Shown here: positions 20,723 to 29,380 of the stretch, one piece after another
How positions within the stretch are numbered: position 1 is the stretch's first letter
Layout: each line of letters opens with the position of its first letter
From: Candidatus Hadarchaeota archaeon
Lineage (GTDB): Archaea > Hadarchaeota > Hadarchaeia > Hadarchaeales > Hadarchaeaceae
DNA: 60,905 bases
NCBI GenBank assembly: GCA_964343275.1
Contig: CAYFIY010000002.1
Span: 1 to 60,905 of the forward strand
Direction of reading: 5' to 3'
The notes under the pieces: model-generated
The model's database searches: none
What the model saw: only the letters and a program-made list of their open reading frames with translations
What the model was told of the DNA's origin: nothing
Made by a program: the position numbers and the translations under genes

Positions 20723-22030
20723 CTATCTCCTTGTTTTATTTATTATTCCCCTAGCCGCGAGCAATCCCGTAGCAGCTGCAGTAACTATACCTCTAGATAA
20801 TCCAGCGCCATCCCCGGCCACAAAGATGTTTGGCACGCTCGTTTCCATGTATTGATTGATACTTATCTGCATGGCGTAGAGCTTCACTTCTGGGGCATAG
20901 AGCAGGGTCGATTCTGAGGCCACGCCTGGGACCACCTTATCCAAGCGCTCGAGACCTTCGAGAATATCGGTCACGATCCTACTGGGCAAAGCCATAGATA
21001 TATCGCCCGGTGTCACGCTTTTGAGTGTCGGTGAAACATGTCCCCTACTTATCCTCTCCCAGGTGGAGCGTCTGCCCATTCGTAAGTCTCCCATCCGCTG
21101 GAGTAAAGGTCGCCCTCCTCCTATCGTTGTCGCTAGAGAAGCAATCGACCTACCATAAGCATTGGTGTCGGTGACTGGTTGTGTGAGTCCTACGCGGACT
21201 AAGAAGGCAAAGTTTGTGTTTTTCGATTTTTTATCCCGAAGCGACTGTCCATTAACTCCCACGTGAGCATCATACCGCTCCTCCATTACCCACCCATCTG
21301 CATTGGTACAAAATGTGCGGACGAAATCGTCGAAGGTCTTGGTACGAATGTGGAATTTTGGGTCACGGTTCACACCCACCACAGGGGAATAAACGACTGC
21401 TGGAACCTCAACCCTAACGCCTATATCAACAGAACCATGGGTAAGCTTGACACCTAAAGCCCTAGCTTGTTCTGCGAACCAATCAGCACCAACTCTGCCA
21501 GGAGTGGCTAAGATATGGTCTGTTTTTAGTTTATTGCCCTTGATCCAGACCTCACCTTTCCCAATGCGATCGACCTTTGAGTTTAGAAGGAATTTTACAC
21601 CGCGCTTTTCGAGTTCCCGCCGCATTGAGTTTATGACATCGGGCAAGTACTCGCTTCCAATATGTCTTTGGAAAATCGGAATGAATCTAATTCCAGCTGC
21701 AGCTGCTCGACGAGTGAGATTATCTATGCCAACTGAGTTTTCCCCATATACCTCTTTTGGAGCCCCATGTTCAACAAAAATTTCGTCTACTTCTTTCACG
21801 AGTGACTCGGCTTTTTCTGTGGTTTTGGTGAGTTCGCTGAGGTTTCCACCTATATCATGCCTAAGGTTCAAAATGCCACTGGACATACCACCGGCACCAC
21901 CAAGTCCGGACATGATGTGGCATGGGACACATCCTATACATTTGCCGGTATTAATAGCCGGACAAACGCGCTTCTCAATTTTGTTCCCCCAGTCAACAAT
22001 GGTTACTGATAGCTTTGATTTTTTTGACAA
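20723..22030 (-). CDS. FAD-dependent oxidoreductase (COG2509-like)
   Basis: 435-aa track ORF with a TTG start. The same frame stays open upstream to 22102 and encodes the Rossmann motif DVLIVGAGPAGLFAAHEL, so the true N-terminus lies upstream of 22030. Confidence 0.75.
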   Translation of the reverse strand: MSKKSKLSVTIVDWGNKIEKRVCPAINTGKCIGCVPCHIMSGLGGAGGMSSGILNLRHDIGGNLSELTKTTEKAESLVKEVDEIFVEHGAPKEVYGENSVGIDNLTRRAAAAGIRFIPIFQRHIGSEYLPDVINSMRRELEKRGVKFLLNSKVDRIGKGEVWIKGNKLKTDHILATPGRVGADWFAEQARALGVKLTHGSVDIGVRVEVPAVVYSPVVGVNRDPKFHIRTKTFDDFVRTFCTNADGWVMEERYDAHVGVNGQSLRDKKSKNTNFAFLVRVGLTQPVTDTNAYGRSIASLATTIGGGRPLLQRMGDLRMGRRSTWERISRGHVSPTLKSVTPGDISMALPSRIVTDILEGLERLDKVVPGVASESTLLYAPEVKLYAMQISINQYMETSVPNIFVAGDGAGLSRGIVTAAATGLLAARGIINKTRR

Positions 22031-22117
22031 TTCGTGGGCCGCGAAAAGTCCAGCGGGTCCTGCGCCAACGATAAGAACATCTGTCGTGTAATCCCTCGAG
22101 TTTTATGCTTTCACTCC

Positions 22118-22921
22118 TTAAAAGCCTTTAGAAAAGGGGGACCTGGATTTTTTTAACCCGCGTATTTTACCCAAGAACGTTCCATCTAGAAGATACGCCT
22201 CGGCTTCATCGATCTTTACTGCGCCTGATTTGAACATCGGGCCTATAAGTTCTCGAGATATATTTCGGTTAACTGCTGCACCTCCAATAAGTTCGTTGAA
22301 AGCTGGGACAACAAGCAGGTAGGGCATGCTCTGCTTTATGTAAGTTTTAAGCTTTTTGGGAAATTTTTTAGCATCCAGCTTAGCGCGAAGCCATATGGGC
22401 TCGACAGACCTACCTCCAAGATCGTCGCTGAATTCTATCGCCAGGTGATTATGCCCCGAGACGATTAATTCTGTGTTAAGCAGCTCTGGTGCTGGCCAAG
22501 TATGCCCATGCATGAGACCAATGCGACCACTTTTTCCAAGAACTAAGCCATGAGAGTCATGGATGATGACCTCAGGAGGGATCATGCCCTCGAGATATCC
22601 ATCATGATTTCCCCGCACGATATCAATCTTTACCAACTTGACCAACTGCTCGAAGAATTTCGGAAGTTCTCTCCACTCGTGCCATGTGGTGATAGGTACG
22701 TTGTGTTTTACATCTCCAAGTATTACCAGCCGATCAACTCTTTGCCCTTCCAACAGCTCGATTAACTTGGTCCTCACCTTTGGCATCTGGCTAGGTAAAG
22801 AAATCCCTTTTTCAGCCAACTCGCTCTCTATTCCTAGGTGCAGATCGGAAACAACCATCGTGCGCTCCTTCGACACTTTCATCAGCAGAGCCGGAGACCC
22901 CAAAACTGGAACCACCTTCAT
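22118..22921 (-). CDS. Metallophosphoesterase (calcineurin-like)
   Basis: Motifs DLHLG, GDVKH, GNHD, HGH and GHNH occur in the canonical order. I trimmed the start to ATG 22921 (MKVVPVLG). Confidence 0.8.
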   Translation of the reverse strand: MKVVPVLGSPALLMKVSKERTMVVSDLHLGIESELAEKGISLPSQMPKVRTKLIELLEGQRVDRLVILGDVKHNVPITTWHEWRELPKFFEQLVKLVKIDIVRGNHDGYLEGMIPPEVIIHDSHGLVLGKSGRIGLMHGHTWPAPELLNTELIVSGHNHLAIEFSDDLGGRSVEPIWLRAKLDAKKFPKKLKTYIKQSMPYLLVVPAFNELIGGAAVNRNISRELIGPMFKSGAVKIDEAEAYLLDGTFLGKIRGLKKSRSPFSKGF

Positions 22922-23060
22922 GAAAGAAAATTGATTTTCAACTGTTATAGATTTAGCTTCTGGAGATATACACGAAGGTAAGCAACGCGCAACCCAAGAG
23001 TCCAATTATTATTCCCAGACCAGACATCATGTCGCGCCAAGAGAAACAAACAGAAGGTTA

Positions 23061-24128
23061 TTAAGAAATCCTAAACCTCAAAAGAGCGGCCAACCCACCT
23101 AGGGCTAGAAGCTGCTTTCCCGCATCATGTTCGGTACTTATTATGACAACTTCTGCCCGTATCTTTCTAGCCTCTTCGAGCAGGTGCTCGATATCTGCGC
23201 GGTTTGACCTCAGCAACACATCAGCCACGAGTAATTTTCCAATCGCGCCGACCGAGGCTGCATGCCTAATCTCTTTATGTCCGTAAGTTGCCAGCTCGCC
23301 TTGGGCTATTTCTCTCATGACCTGATCGATAAGAGAAGTTTCTAGAGATAGATGGTCATCTCGTGATATTTTTTCGACCATGCCGCGACGCACTATCTCG
23401 TAAAGACCAGCACGCCCACCGGAGCTGGCATCGCCAAGTCTGACACCGGCGGATAAATCGGGGAACTTTTCGCGCATGAATTCTGCAAAAGCTTCTTTGG
23501 TGAAGCCAGGACCAGCCACGATTGCAGTTCTAATATTTTCGCGGGAGATTATATCGTTCATCGCATCGGCCAACTTGTAAAAAAATTTTTTTTCCTCGGC
23601 GTCAATTTCAACACTGTACATTTTACCCATCTTTGAACGCGAGATCGTACCAAACTCGTCCAGGCCGTACTGTCGGACTATTGCTAAATCGGCAGAGGTA
23701 TCGTCGAGTGAAACGAGTAGGACACGCGGTCTACGGCTGGCTTGCACAGCTTCGCGTATTCTATGGAGCTCATCTGGCTTCCATTCTTTTGAAACGGATA
23801 GTACAGACCCAGGTTCGTAACTAAATGAATGATGTTTACCTATATCTGGTCCATGTACGATGGCGCCCAAGATGCGCAAACGGTTTGCGTATTTGTGGAA
23901 CTCGATGCCCTCGACTTTAACGGACAGAGTCACTCGCTTTTTCTTAAGCCGCTCTGGTCGAAGTTTATTATCTGGCTCCTGTTCGCGACGCCAAGTGAGA
24001 GAGGTGACTATATCTCCAGATCTGACCAAGTGCTGCAGGTGCCATAGGTCGTCTAACGTTTCCACGCATAACTTTATTTTTCCATGCTTCATATCTTTCT
24101 GAATCACTCGCAAGTTTATCTTCCCCAT
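23061..24128 (-). CDS. pelA: Pelota (Dom34-like mRNA surveillance factor)
   Basis: 355 aa with eRF1-like three-domain organisation and the N-terminal KIKLCVETLDDLWHLQHLV typical of Pelota. Confidence 0.9.
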   Translation of the reverse strand: MGKINLRVIQKDMKHGKIKLCVETLDDLWHLQHLVRSGDIVTSLTWRREQEPDNKLRPERLKKKRVTLSVKVEGIEFHKYANRLRILGAIVHGPDIGKHHSFSYEPGSVLSVSKEWKPDELHRIREAVQASRRPRVLLVSLDDTSADLAIVRQYGLDEFGTISRSKMGKMYSVEIDAEEKKFFYKLADAMNDIISRENIRTAIVAGPGFTKEAFAEFMREKFPDLSAGVRLGDASSGGRAGLYEIVRRGMVEKISRDDHLSLETSLIDQVMREIAQGELATYGHKEIRHAASVGAIGKLLVADVLLRSNRADIEHLLEEARKIRAEVVIISTEHDAGKQLLALGGLAALLRFRIS

Positions 24129-24174
24129 AAGGATCTGGCTGTTAGAAAATTATTTTACATGGTGAAACTTAAGC

Positions 24175-24645
24175 ATGGTGAGGATTTCAATGGTTACTCA
24201 AAGTCTAGTGAGAATCAGAGAACTGATGCCCGAAGATCTACAGGTAATTTTAGCCATTGAGTACAAGTGTTTTAAAGACCCATATCCGCTCGGGCTGCTA
24301 AAACGACTGCACATGATGTATCCAGACGGATTCCTTGTGGCAGATGCCGGAGGAATCGTAGTGGGTTACGTAATAGGGGTGGTGAGATGGGCCAACACTG
24401 GTCATGTGTTGGCCATTGGAGTCGACCCTGTTTATCAAAGACAGGGAGTGGGCGCGATGTTGATCAGAAAAATTATCACTGTTTTTGAAGGGAAGAAAGC
24501 AACGATCGCGAGACTTGAGGTGAGGAAGAGTAATATCGAGGCACAAAGTTTCTACAAGAAGCTAGGTTTCCTAGATCGGGAGGAGCTACCTTATTACTAT
24601 GAAGACGGCGAAACAGCAGTAGCCATGGAACTTGTTCTTAAGTAA
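24175..24645 (+). CDS. rimI: GNAT N-acetyltransferase, RimI-like
   Basis: 156 aa with acetyl-CoA motif A QRQGVGAML and the C-terminal FYKKLGF. Confidence 0.8.
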   Translation: MVRISMVTQSLVRIRELMPEDLQVILAIEYKCFKDPYPLGLLKRLHMMYPDGFLVADAGGIVVGYVIGVVRWANTGHVLAIGVDPVYQRQGVGAMLIRKIITVFEGKKATIARLEVRKSNIEAQSFYKKLGFLDREELPYYYEDGETAVAMELVLK

Positions 24646-25881
24646 CTAGTTCTTGGGTTTTAACCTTCGCAGCTCGTCAAGCGTCAGAACACGCATGTTC
24701 TTAGGAACATGTTCAACACGCGATCTTACCCCAACCGCATATTGGACATCCTTTCCTGCGGCCAAGTCTGCGAGTTCTTGAGTCACCACGCCATCGAAGA
24801 CTATTGCCATCACGTTTTGAGCCTTGGAAATCTTATCCTTAATATCCTTGACCTGAACCTCTTCTATTAACCCCAGTTTACCATCCAGCAGTTGGGCTCT
24901 TAGTGTACCACGCATCTTATTCATAGCGTTTTCTAGTTCCATGATTTCATTATTTTCAGTCTCGATACCCGCAGCTGGTCCGGAAGGCTTTTCCTTGACC
25001 TCTACCCTGGCTACGTCCGTTGGGACCTTATTGCGTAGAGCTTTGATTATCTCTTTTTTCGACAGGTCCTCGACGCCGCGACCGGAAGGTGGGCGGGCAA
25101 CAAAGTCGACTTCGCCAACTTGTAAAAGCTCCTTGAGGATAAGGTCACCGCCGCGGTCTCCATCGACAAAAGCGGTAACAGTTTTATCTCTAGTTAAGCC
25201 AATGACAGCCTTTGGCACACTGGTTCCTCCGATTCCAATAGAGTTTCGAACACCCGCCCTCAAGAGGTTCAGCACGTCCGCGCGTCCCTCGACTATTATA
25301 ATTGCATCTGAATCCTTAACACCTGGGCCGGTAGGTAATCCTTGATAATCGGAGATTTCATCAACACGCACTGACTCCATCACCTTCTCAGCTATCTCTT
25401 GAGTTTCTGGAGCCGTCTCCTCAAAAGCTCCCAAAAGCTCCTTGGCCCTTTCCACCACGAACTTCCGCTTCACGTCCCGCACATCCTCGATTCCTTCGAC
25501 TTTGATGGTTGCCTCACAGGGGCCCACACGATCTATCGTTTCGAGAGAGGCGGCGATTATCGAAGTTTCAACTCGGTCGAGGCTGGATGGGATGATAACT
25601 GTGCCAGAGGACTTCCCCTGAACTGATTTTATATCCACCCTAATCCTGTCTATCCTACCAGTTTTCAATAATTCCCTGAGATCCAACTCGTTTCCCAATA
25701 GACCTTCCGTCTGTCCAAAAACTGCACCTACGACATCTGGGCGCTCCACCACACCGTTTGCTTCGATCTTGGCATGGATTAGATACTTAGTCGTACCAAT
25801 ATCTTCACGCATAGATAATTCCTCCTTTTTGCCGAGCTTTTCGGCCACTAACTCTTGCAAACTTTTTTCTCCCAAGGGCAC
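24646..25881 (-). CDS. dnaG: Archaeal DnaG-like Toprim protein
   Basis: N-terminal [32 protein letters not shown], and Toprim motifs [13 protein letters not shown] and [11 protein letters not shown]. Confidence 0.9.
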   Translation of the reverse strand: MPLGEKSLQELVAEKLGKKEELSMREDIGTTKYLIHAKIEANGVVERPDVVGAVFGQTEGLLGNELDLRELLKTGRIDRIRVDIKSVQGKSSGTVIIPSSLDRVETSIIAASLETIDRVGPCEATIKVEGIEDVRDVKRKFVVERAKELLGAFEETAPETQEIAEKVMESVRVDEISDYQGLPTGPGVKDSDAIIIVEGRADVLNLLRAGVRNSIGIGGTSVPKAVIGLTRDKTVTAFVDGDRGGDLILKELLQVGEVDFVARPPSGRGVEDLSKKEIIKALRNKVPTDVARVEVKEKPSGPAAGIETENNEIMELENAMNKMRGTLRAQLLDGKLGLIEEVQVKDIKDKISKAQNVMAIVFDGVVTQELADLAAGKDVQYAVGVRSRVEHVPKNMRVLTLDELRRLKPKN

Positions 25882-26366
25882 CAGCCCTCAATGGGCCAGA
25901 ATTAGCTTGATAGTGATTCTGGCTGATTTGATGATTGATTTATTTACGTCGATATGTGTTTAAAAAGCTGACGCTTGGCCAGTAGTCCACAAAGTAAAAT
26001 TTTGTCAGATCATTTATTACTCATTAAGGGTGATTTACAAAGCGTCGGTTTTACTGATCCAAAACTCATTAAACAGTTGCTTCTGAATCGCCTAACGCCC
26101 CTAGGTAAATCAAGTTAATAAAAAGAAAATGTAAAATTATTGGTGTATCTTCGGTATAATAGGTTTCTTGATATCCCACAGCTTTTTTATCACCGAAAGG
26201 ACCGATTTTTAATCTTACGCAGAGGGAGAAGAATTGAGCAAAACTAAGCTTTAATAGAAGCCGAGGACAAGCCACTCCTAATTCACACCGATATCATCTC
26301 TTTGCGTAAGATTCGAAAAGGTATAATTTTTTTACTAACAAAACACGTGGGAGATTACTCGAACAT

Positions 26367-27380
26367 TTAACCACCGAGCGTGTGGTGAACATCTAGGAGA
26401 TCGCCCAGTAAAGAGCTAGAGGTCTCTTTGGGACCAGCACCAAATCCTGTTATTGATATTTCTCGCGCCAGATCCAACTTAAGGGTCACAGCATTCAGAG
26501 CACCACCGACAGCAAGTGGATGTCCAACAGGTACTAGCTTTGGAGCTACCTCCAGCGAATCCTTCCTAGCAGTACCTATTAGCTTTATCGCGCGGCCAGC
26601 TTTTTGGGCCAGAGATATTGCCTCAGGGGTAATCCTCTTGATGCCAATCACCCTCACATCGCTGAGCTTAGCATCCATATCGAGCAAGGAGTTTGCCAGT
26701 ATCGTGATTTTGGATGCGGTGTCGACGCCATCGATATCGAGCGTGGGGTCCTTCTCCGCGATGCCAAGTTCCTGAGCTTCTCGAATTACGATATCTTGAG
26801 GTGTACCCTCAATGCTCATGCGAGTGAGCACGTAGTTAGTTGTGCCATTCAATACCCCCTGTATTTCCTGGATCTCGTTTCCTCCGAGCAATCTTTTGGC
26901 CATGGGTATCACCGGAATAGCACCACCAACGGAAGCAGAATACCTGAACTCAACTCCCTGTTTTCTTGCCAACGAAGCCAGCTCTCTAAAACAGACGACC
27001 AAAGGTCCTTTGTTTGAGGTTATTACATGCTTTCCTGCCATCATTGATCGCTTTATATGAGTGAGCCCTGGTTCACCGGTGTGAACGTTGGTTGGGGTTA
27101 ACTCAAAAATTAATTGCGCATCGACCTCATCAATCAATTCAAGCGCGAGTTTACCCCGCCTTCCTCCTTTAGATGCAGCAACTGACCCAGATTTCCTACC
27201 AACCTTGATTAACCGAGAGAGATTTAGACCATTTTCATCAACTGCAGCACCTAACTCGTCCACTACGGCGACCACGCGACATACCAGTCCATGGGACCTT
27301 CTCAGAAAATCCGCTTTCTGAATGAAAGACTGACATAAGCCTTTACCCAAGTTGCCGAAGCCAATTATACCTATTCTCAT
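26367..27380 (-). CDS. hom: Homoserine dehydrogenase
   Basis: NAD-binding GFGNLGKG and catalytic-domain motif GVLNGTTNYVLTRM. Confidence 0.9.
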   Translation of the reverse strand: MRIGIIGFGNLGKGLCQSFIQKADFLRRSHGLVCRVVAVVDELGAAVDENGLNLSRLIKVGRKSGSVAASKGGRRGKLALELIDEVDAQLIFELTPTNVHTGEPGLTHIKRSMMAGKHVITSNKGPLVVCFRELASLARKQGVEFRYSASVGGAIPVIPMAKRLLGGNEIQEIQGVLNGTTNYVLTRMSIEGTPQDIVIREAQELGIAEKDPTLDIDGVDTASKITILANSLLDMDAKLSDVRVIGIKRITPEAISLAQKAGRAIKLIGTARKDSLEVAPKLVPVGHPLAVGGALNAVTLKLDLAREISITGFGAGPKETSSSLLGDLLDVHHTLGG

Positions 27381-27883
27381 CAGACCGCCTCGATCGAGGT
27401 TATTAGGAGAATATTCTTCCTGTCCGCGATTTCACGCAACTTGGAGATGGCTTGGTTGGATAGCTTCTCATTCTCAGTGGCAATCGGCATGCTGACAGAA
27501 GATTCCTGCTTTCGGCCGCCTACTGAAAGGTCCAGGTTCGGTACCGCAACACCTTTTATGGCAGTCAATTGATCAAGGATGTGCTTTACATCGGCGTGAA
27601 TAATGTGACCAATTAATAGAACCGTGCTCATAACTGCCCATTCCCGTTCCCCCAGTTGTGTGATCCGCACTCCTTTTCCCTTTAGTGCGGTCAAAATTCT
27701 ATTAAGCCTAGTCCGATCACTAACCTCGAAAATTAGCATCACGGGTAAACGCCCTGGTGGGGTCTTGCGTTCTCTCTGATGCATGATGCTCTTGATATTG
27801 CCGCCATATCTGGCTATAGGTTCCAACGCGTTGAGGAGCTGCCCTGGAACATCATCTAGTTCCATCGCCATCTTGACTTGCAT
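27380..27883 (-). CDS. ACT-domain regulatory protein
   Basis: 167 aa with two ACT-like beta-alpha-beta-beta-alpha-beta units. Its stop overlaps the hom start by 1 nt. Confidence 0.75.
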   Translation of the reverse strand: MQVKMAMELDDVPGQLLNALEPIARYGGNIKSIMHQRERKTPPGRLPVMLIFEVSDRTRLNRILTALKGKGVRITQLGEREWAVMSTVLLIGHIIHADVKHILDQLTAIKGVAVPNLDLSVGGRKQESSVSMPIATENEKLSNQAISKLREIADRKNILLITSIEAV

Positions 27884-28022
27884 TTTTTCACCCCTGTCTA
27901 TCTAAACATTTTTATTTTTGAGGTGATAACCGTTTCGCACCAAACTTATTGACTTCATTTTTGTGTGATCTATTCGACTAGAGGCTTTTGCTTACTTTTC
28001 GACAAAAAAGTGGTGTGATTGA

Positions 28023-28631
28023 CTATATCAGGTCGAGCTGTCTGGGAATTTTAATAATGACTTGTTTTTTGTCTACTTCGACTGTCGTCCCATTTTTTTC
28101 CGTTGAGGTGGGCAATGCAACCGTGCAGAAATACTCTCTTTTGAGGTCAGGTGCCACGGCGAATATTTCGACTGATTCGTGATAGAATTTAACCCTGACA
28201 TTGTCCTTGCTCTCCACCCCTTCGGCAGTCAAAGTTATCGTTGCCCTGCACACATCAGCCAAAACGTTGTATTCTGGAATTACCCTTTCTTTGATTTCTC
28301 GCTGAGGTAACTTTTTAGGAACTGCTTCTGATATTTCGGTTAGTGTTTTTTTAAGAGGTTGCAAAGTAGGAGCTATTTCCTTTTTTCCTTGTGGCAATTT
28401 TTCCCACCCGACGCCTGAACCAAAACGCCTAACACCAACTTTTGGTGGATTTTTTCCATTACTGGATATGGATATGCTAAAGCCACTTCTTTTTTCTACT
28501 CCTCCAGGTCTTTTAATTGCAAACCCTGGCTGATCTTCGATTAATTTTTTTGGTATTTTAAACTCCTTTTCGATATCTCCGAAGTATCTCATCATTCGCC
28601 TGAAGATTTCATAGAACGGATCGCGCGTCAT
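28023..28631 (-). CDS. Protein with a C-terminal Hsp20/alpha-crystallin-like domain
   Basis: The C-terminal ~85 aa fit the alpha-crystallin domain pattern (ATITLTAEGVESKDNVRVKFYHESVEIFAV...TVALPTSTEKNGTTVEVDKKQVIIKIPR). I placed the start at ATG 28631 (MTRDPFYEIF); the track ORF begins at GTG 28730. Confidence 0.5.
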   Translation of the reverse strand: MTRDPFYEIFRRMMRYFGDIEKEFKIPKKLIEDQPGFAIKRPGGVEKRSGFSISISSNGKNPPKVGVRRFGSGVGWEKLPQGKKEIAPTLQPLKKTLTEISEAVPKKLPQREIKERVIPEYNVLADVCRATITLTAEGVESKDNVRVKFYHESVEIFAVAPDLKREYFCTVALPTSTEKNGTTVEVDKKQVIIKIPRQLDLI

Positions 28632-28977
28632 TTTCTTCACCAAATTGATTATTATATCTGTACTTTTATAATTAAACAACGCTTCAGATAACCCCAAAAA
28701 ACTCTTCTTCACGAAAGCTACAACCGCCACCTACAAAGAAATCGCATTCTTCGCAGCATCTATCACGTTTTTCACGGTCTCCGAAAAGAAAGCAGTTGAA
28801 ACAGCACTTAGGTATGCGCTTGCCATCAAATAGATAAAATTAATTATGTAGTTAAAATATGCTGCCTAGCCTGTGTTTTATCTTTACTTTATTCTCTATT
28901 TCGATTGCAAAGAGGCACGAGGAATTCTGTTTAAGGCTCAACATCTGTTTAAATTTTAGAGTATGAGCGGTTTCGTA

Positions 28978-29376
28978 TTAGCTGGTTGGAACGACTATCA
29001 GCCGTCCCATCATTAGACCGTGAGTCGGGCTGCAGTAAATTGTGCAAAAGAACGGGAACGTGCCCGCTTTTTCCGCTGTAAACTCAATCTCGACCCACTT
29101 CCCAGGGTATAGTTTAGCATTTATATCATAACCGGAGATCGCGATACCGTGCACGACGTCTTCCGCGTATATCAACAACTTTACACTTTCACCTTGATTC
29201 ACGACTATCTCGTCAGGTTCGAAACCTCCCATCTCCGATGCCCTTGCATTTACCATAATTGTCACGTTTTCGCCTTTAGAGAGGAAAATATCTCCACCCA
29301 TGATCGGAAACGAAAGGAATGCCAGCGTGCCCAAGACCACGCACGAAAGGGCAAGGAGTTCCCATTTTTTTATCAT
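28978..29376 (-). CDS. Small membrane-anchored or secreted cupredoxin with a CuA-type ligand pattern
   Basis: 132 aa with an N-terminal hydrophobic helix. Ligands are H76 and then C111-x3-C115-x3-H119-x2-M122 (FFCTIYCSPTHGLMMG). This is the spacing seen in cytochrome oxidase subunit II and NosZ CuA sites. Confidence 0.75.
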   Translation of the reverse strand: MIKKWELLALSCVVLGTLAFLSFPIMGGDIFLSKGENVTIMVNARASEMGGFEPDEIVVNQGESVKLLIYAEDVVHGIAISGYDINAKLYPGKWVEIEFTAEKAGTFPFFCTIYCSPTHGLMMGRLIVVPTS

Positions 29377-29380
29377 TTTA

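Noticed and set aside
25928-25971. Candidate C/D-box sRNA: TGATGA at 25929-25934 and CTGA at 25968-25971 in the 485-bp dnaG-hom intergenic region.
   Set aside because: There are no convincing internal D' or C' boxes and no terminal stem. The two short boxes are expected by chance in AT-rich DNA.
26069-26275. Small ORFs in intergenic regions: 26069-26275, 37317-37520, 37450-37665, 40327-40515, 59055-59243 and 59085-59273.
   Set aside because: They have no motifs and odd composition, and competing overlapping frames occur in the same places. The 37317-37520 ORF (basic, 67 aa) is the least implausible but is unsupported.
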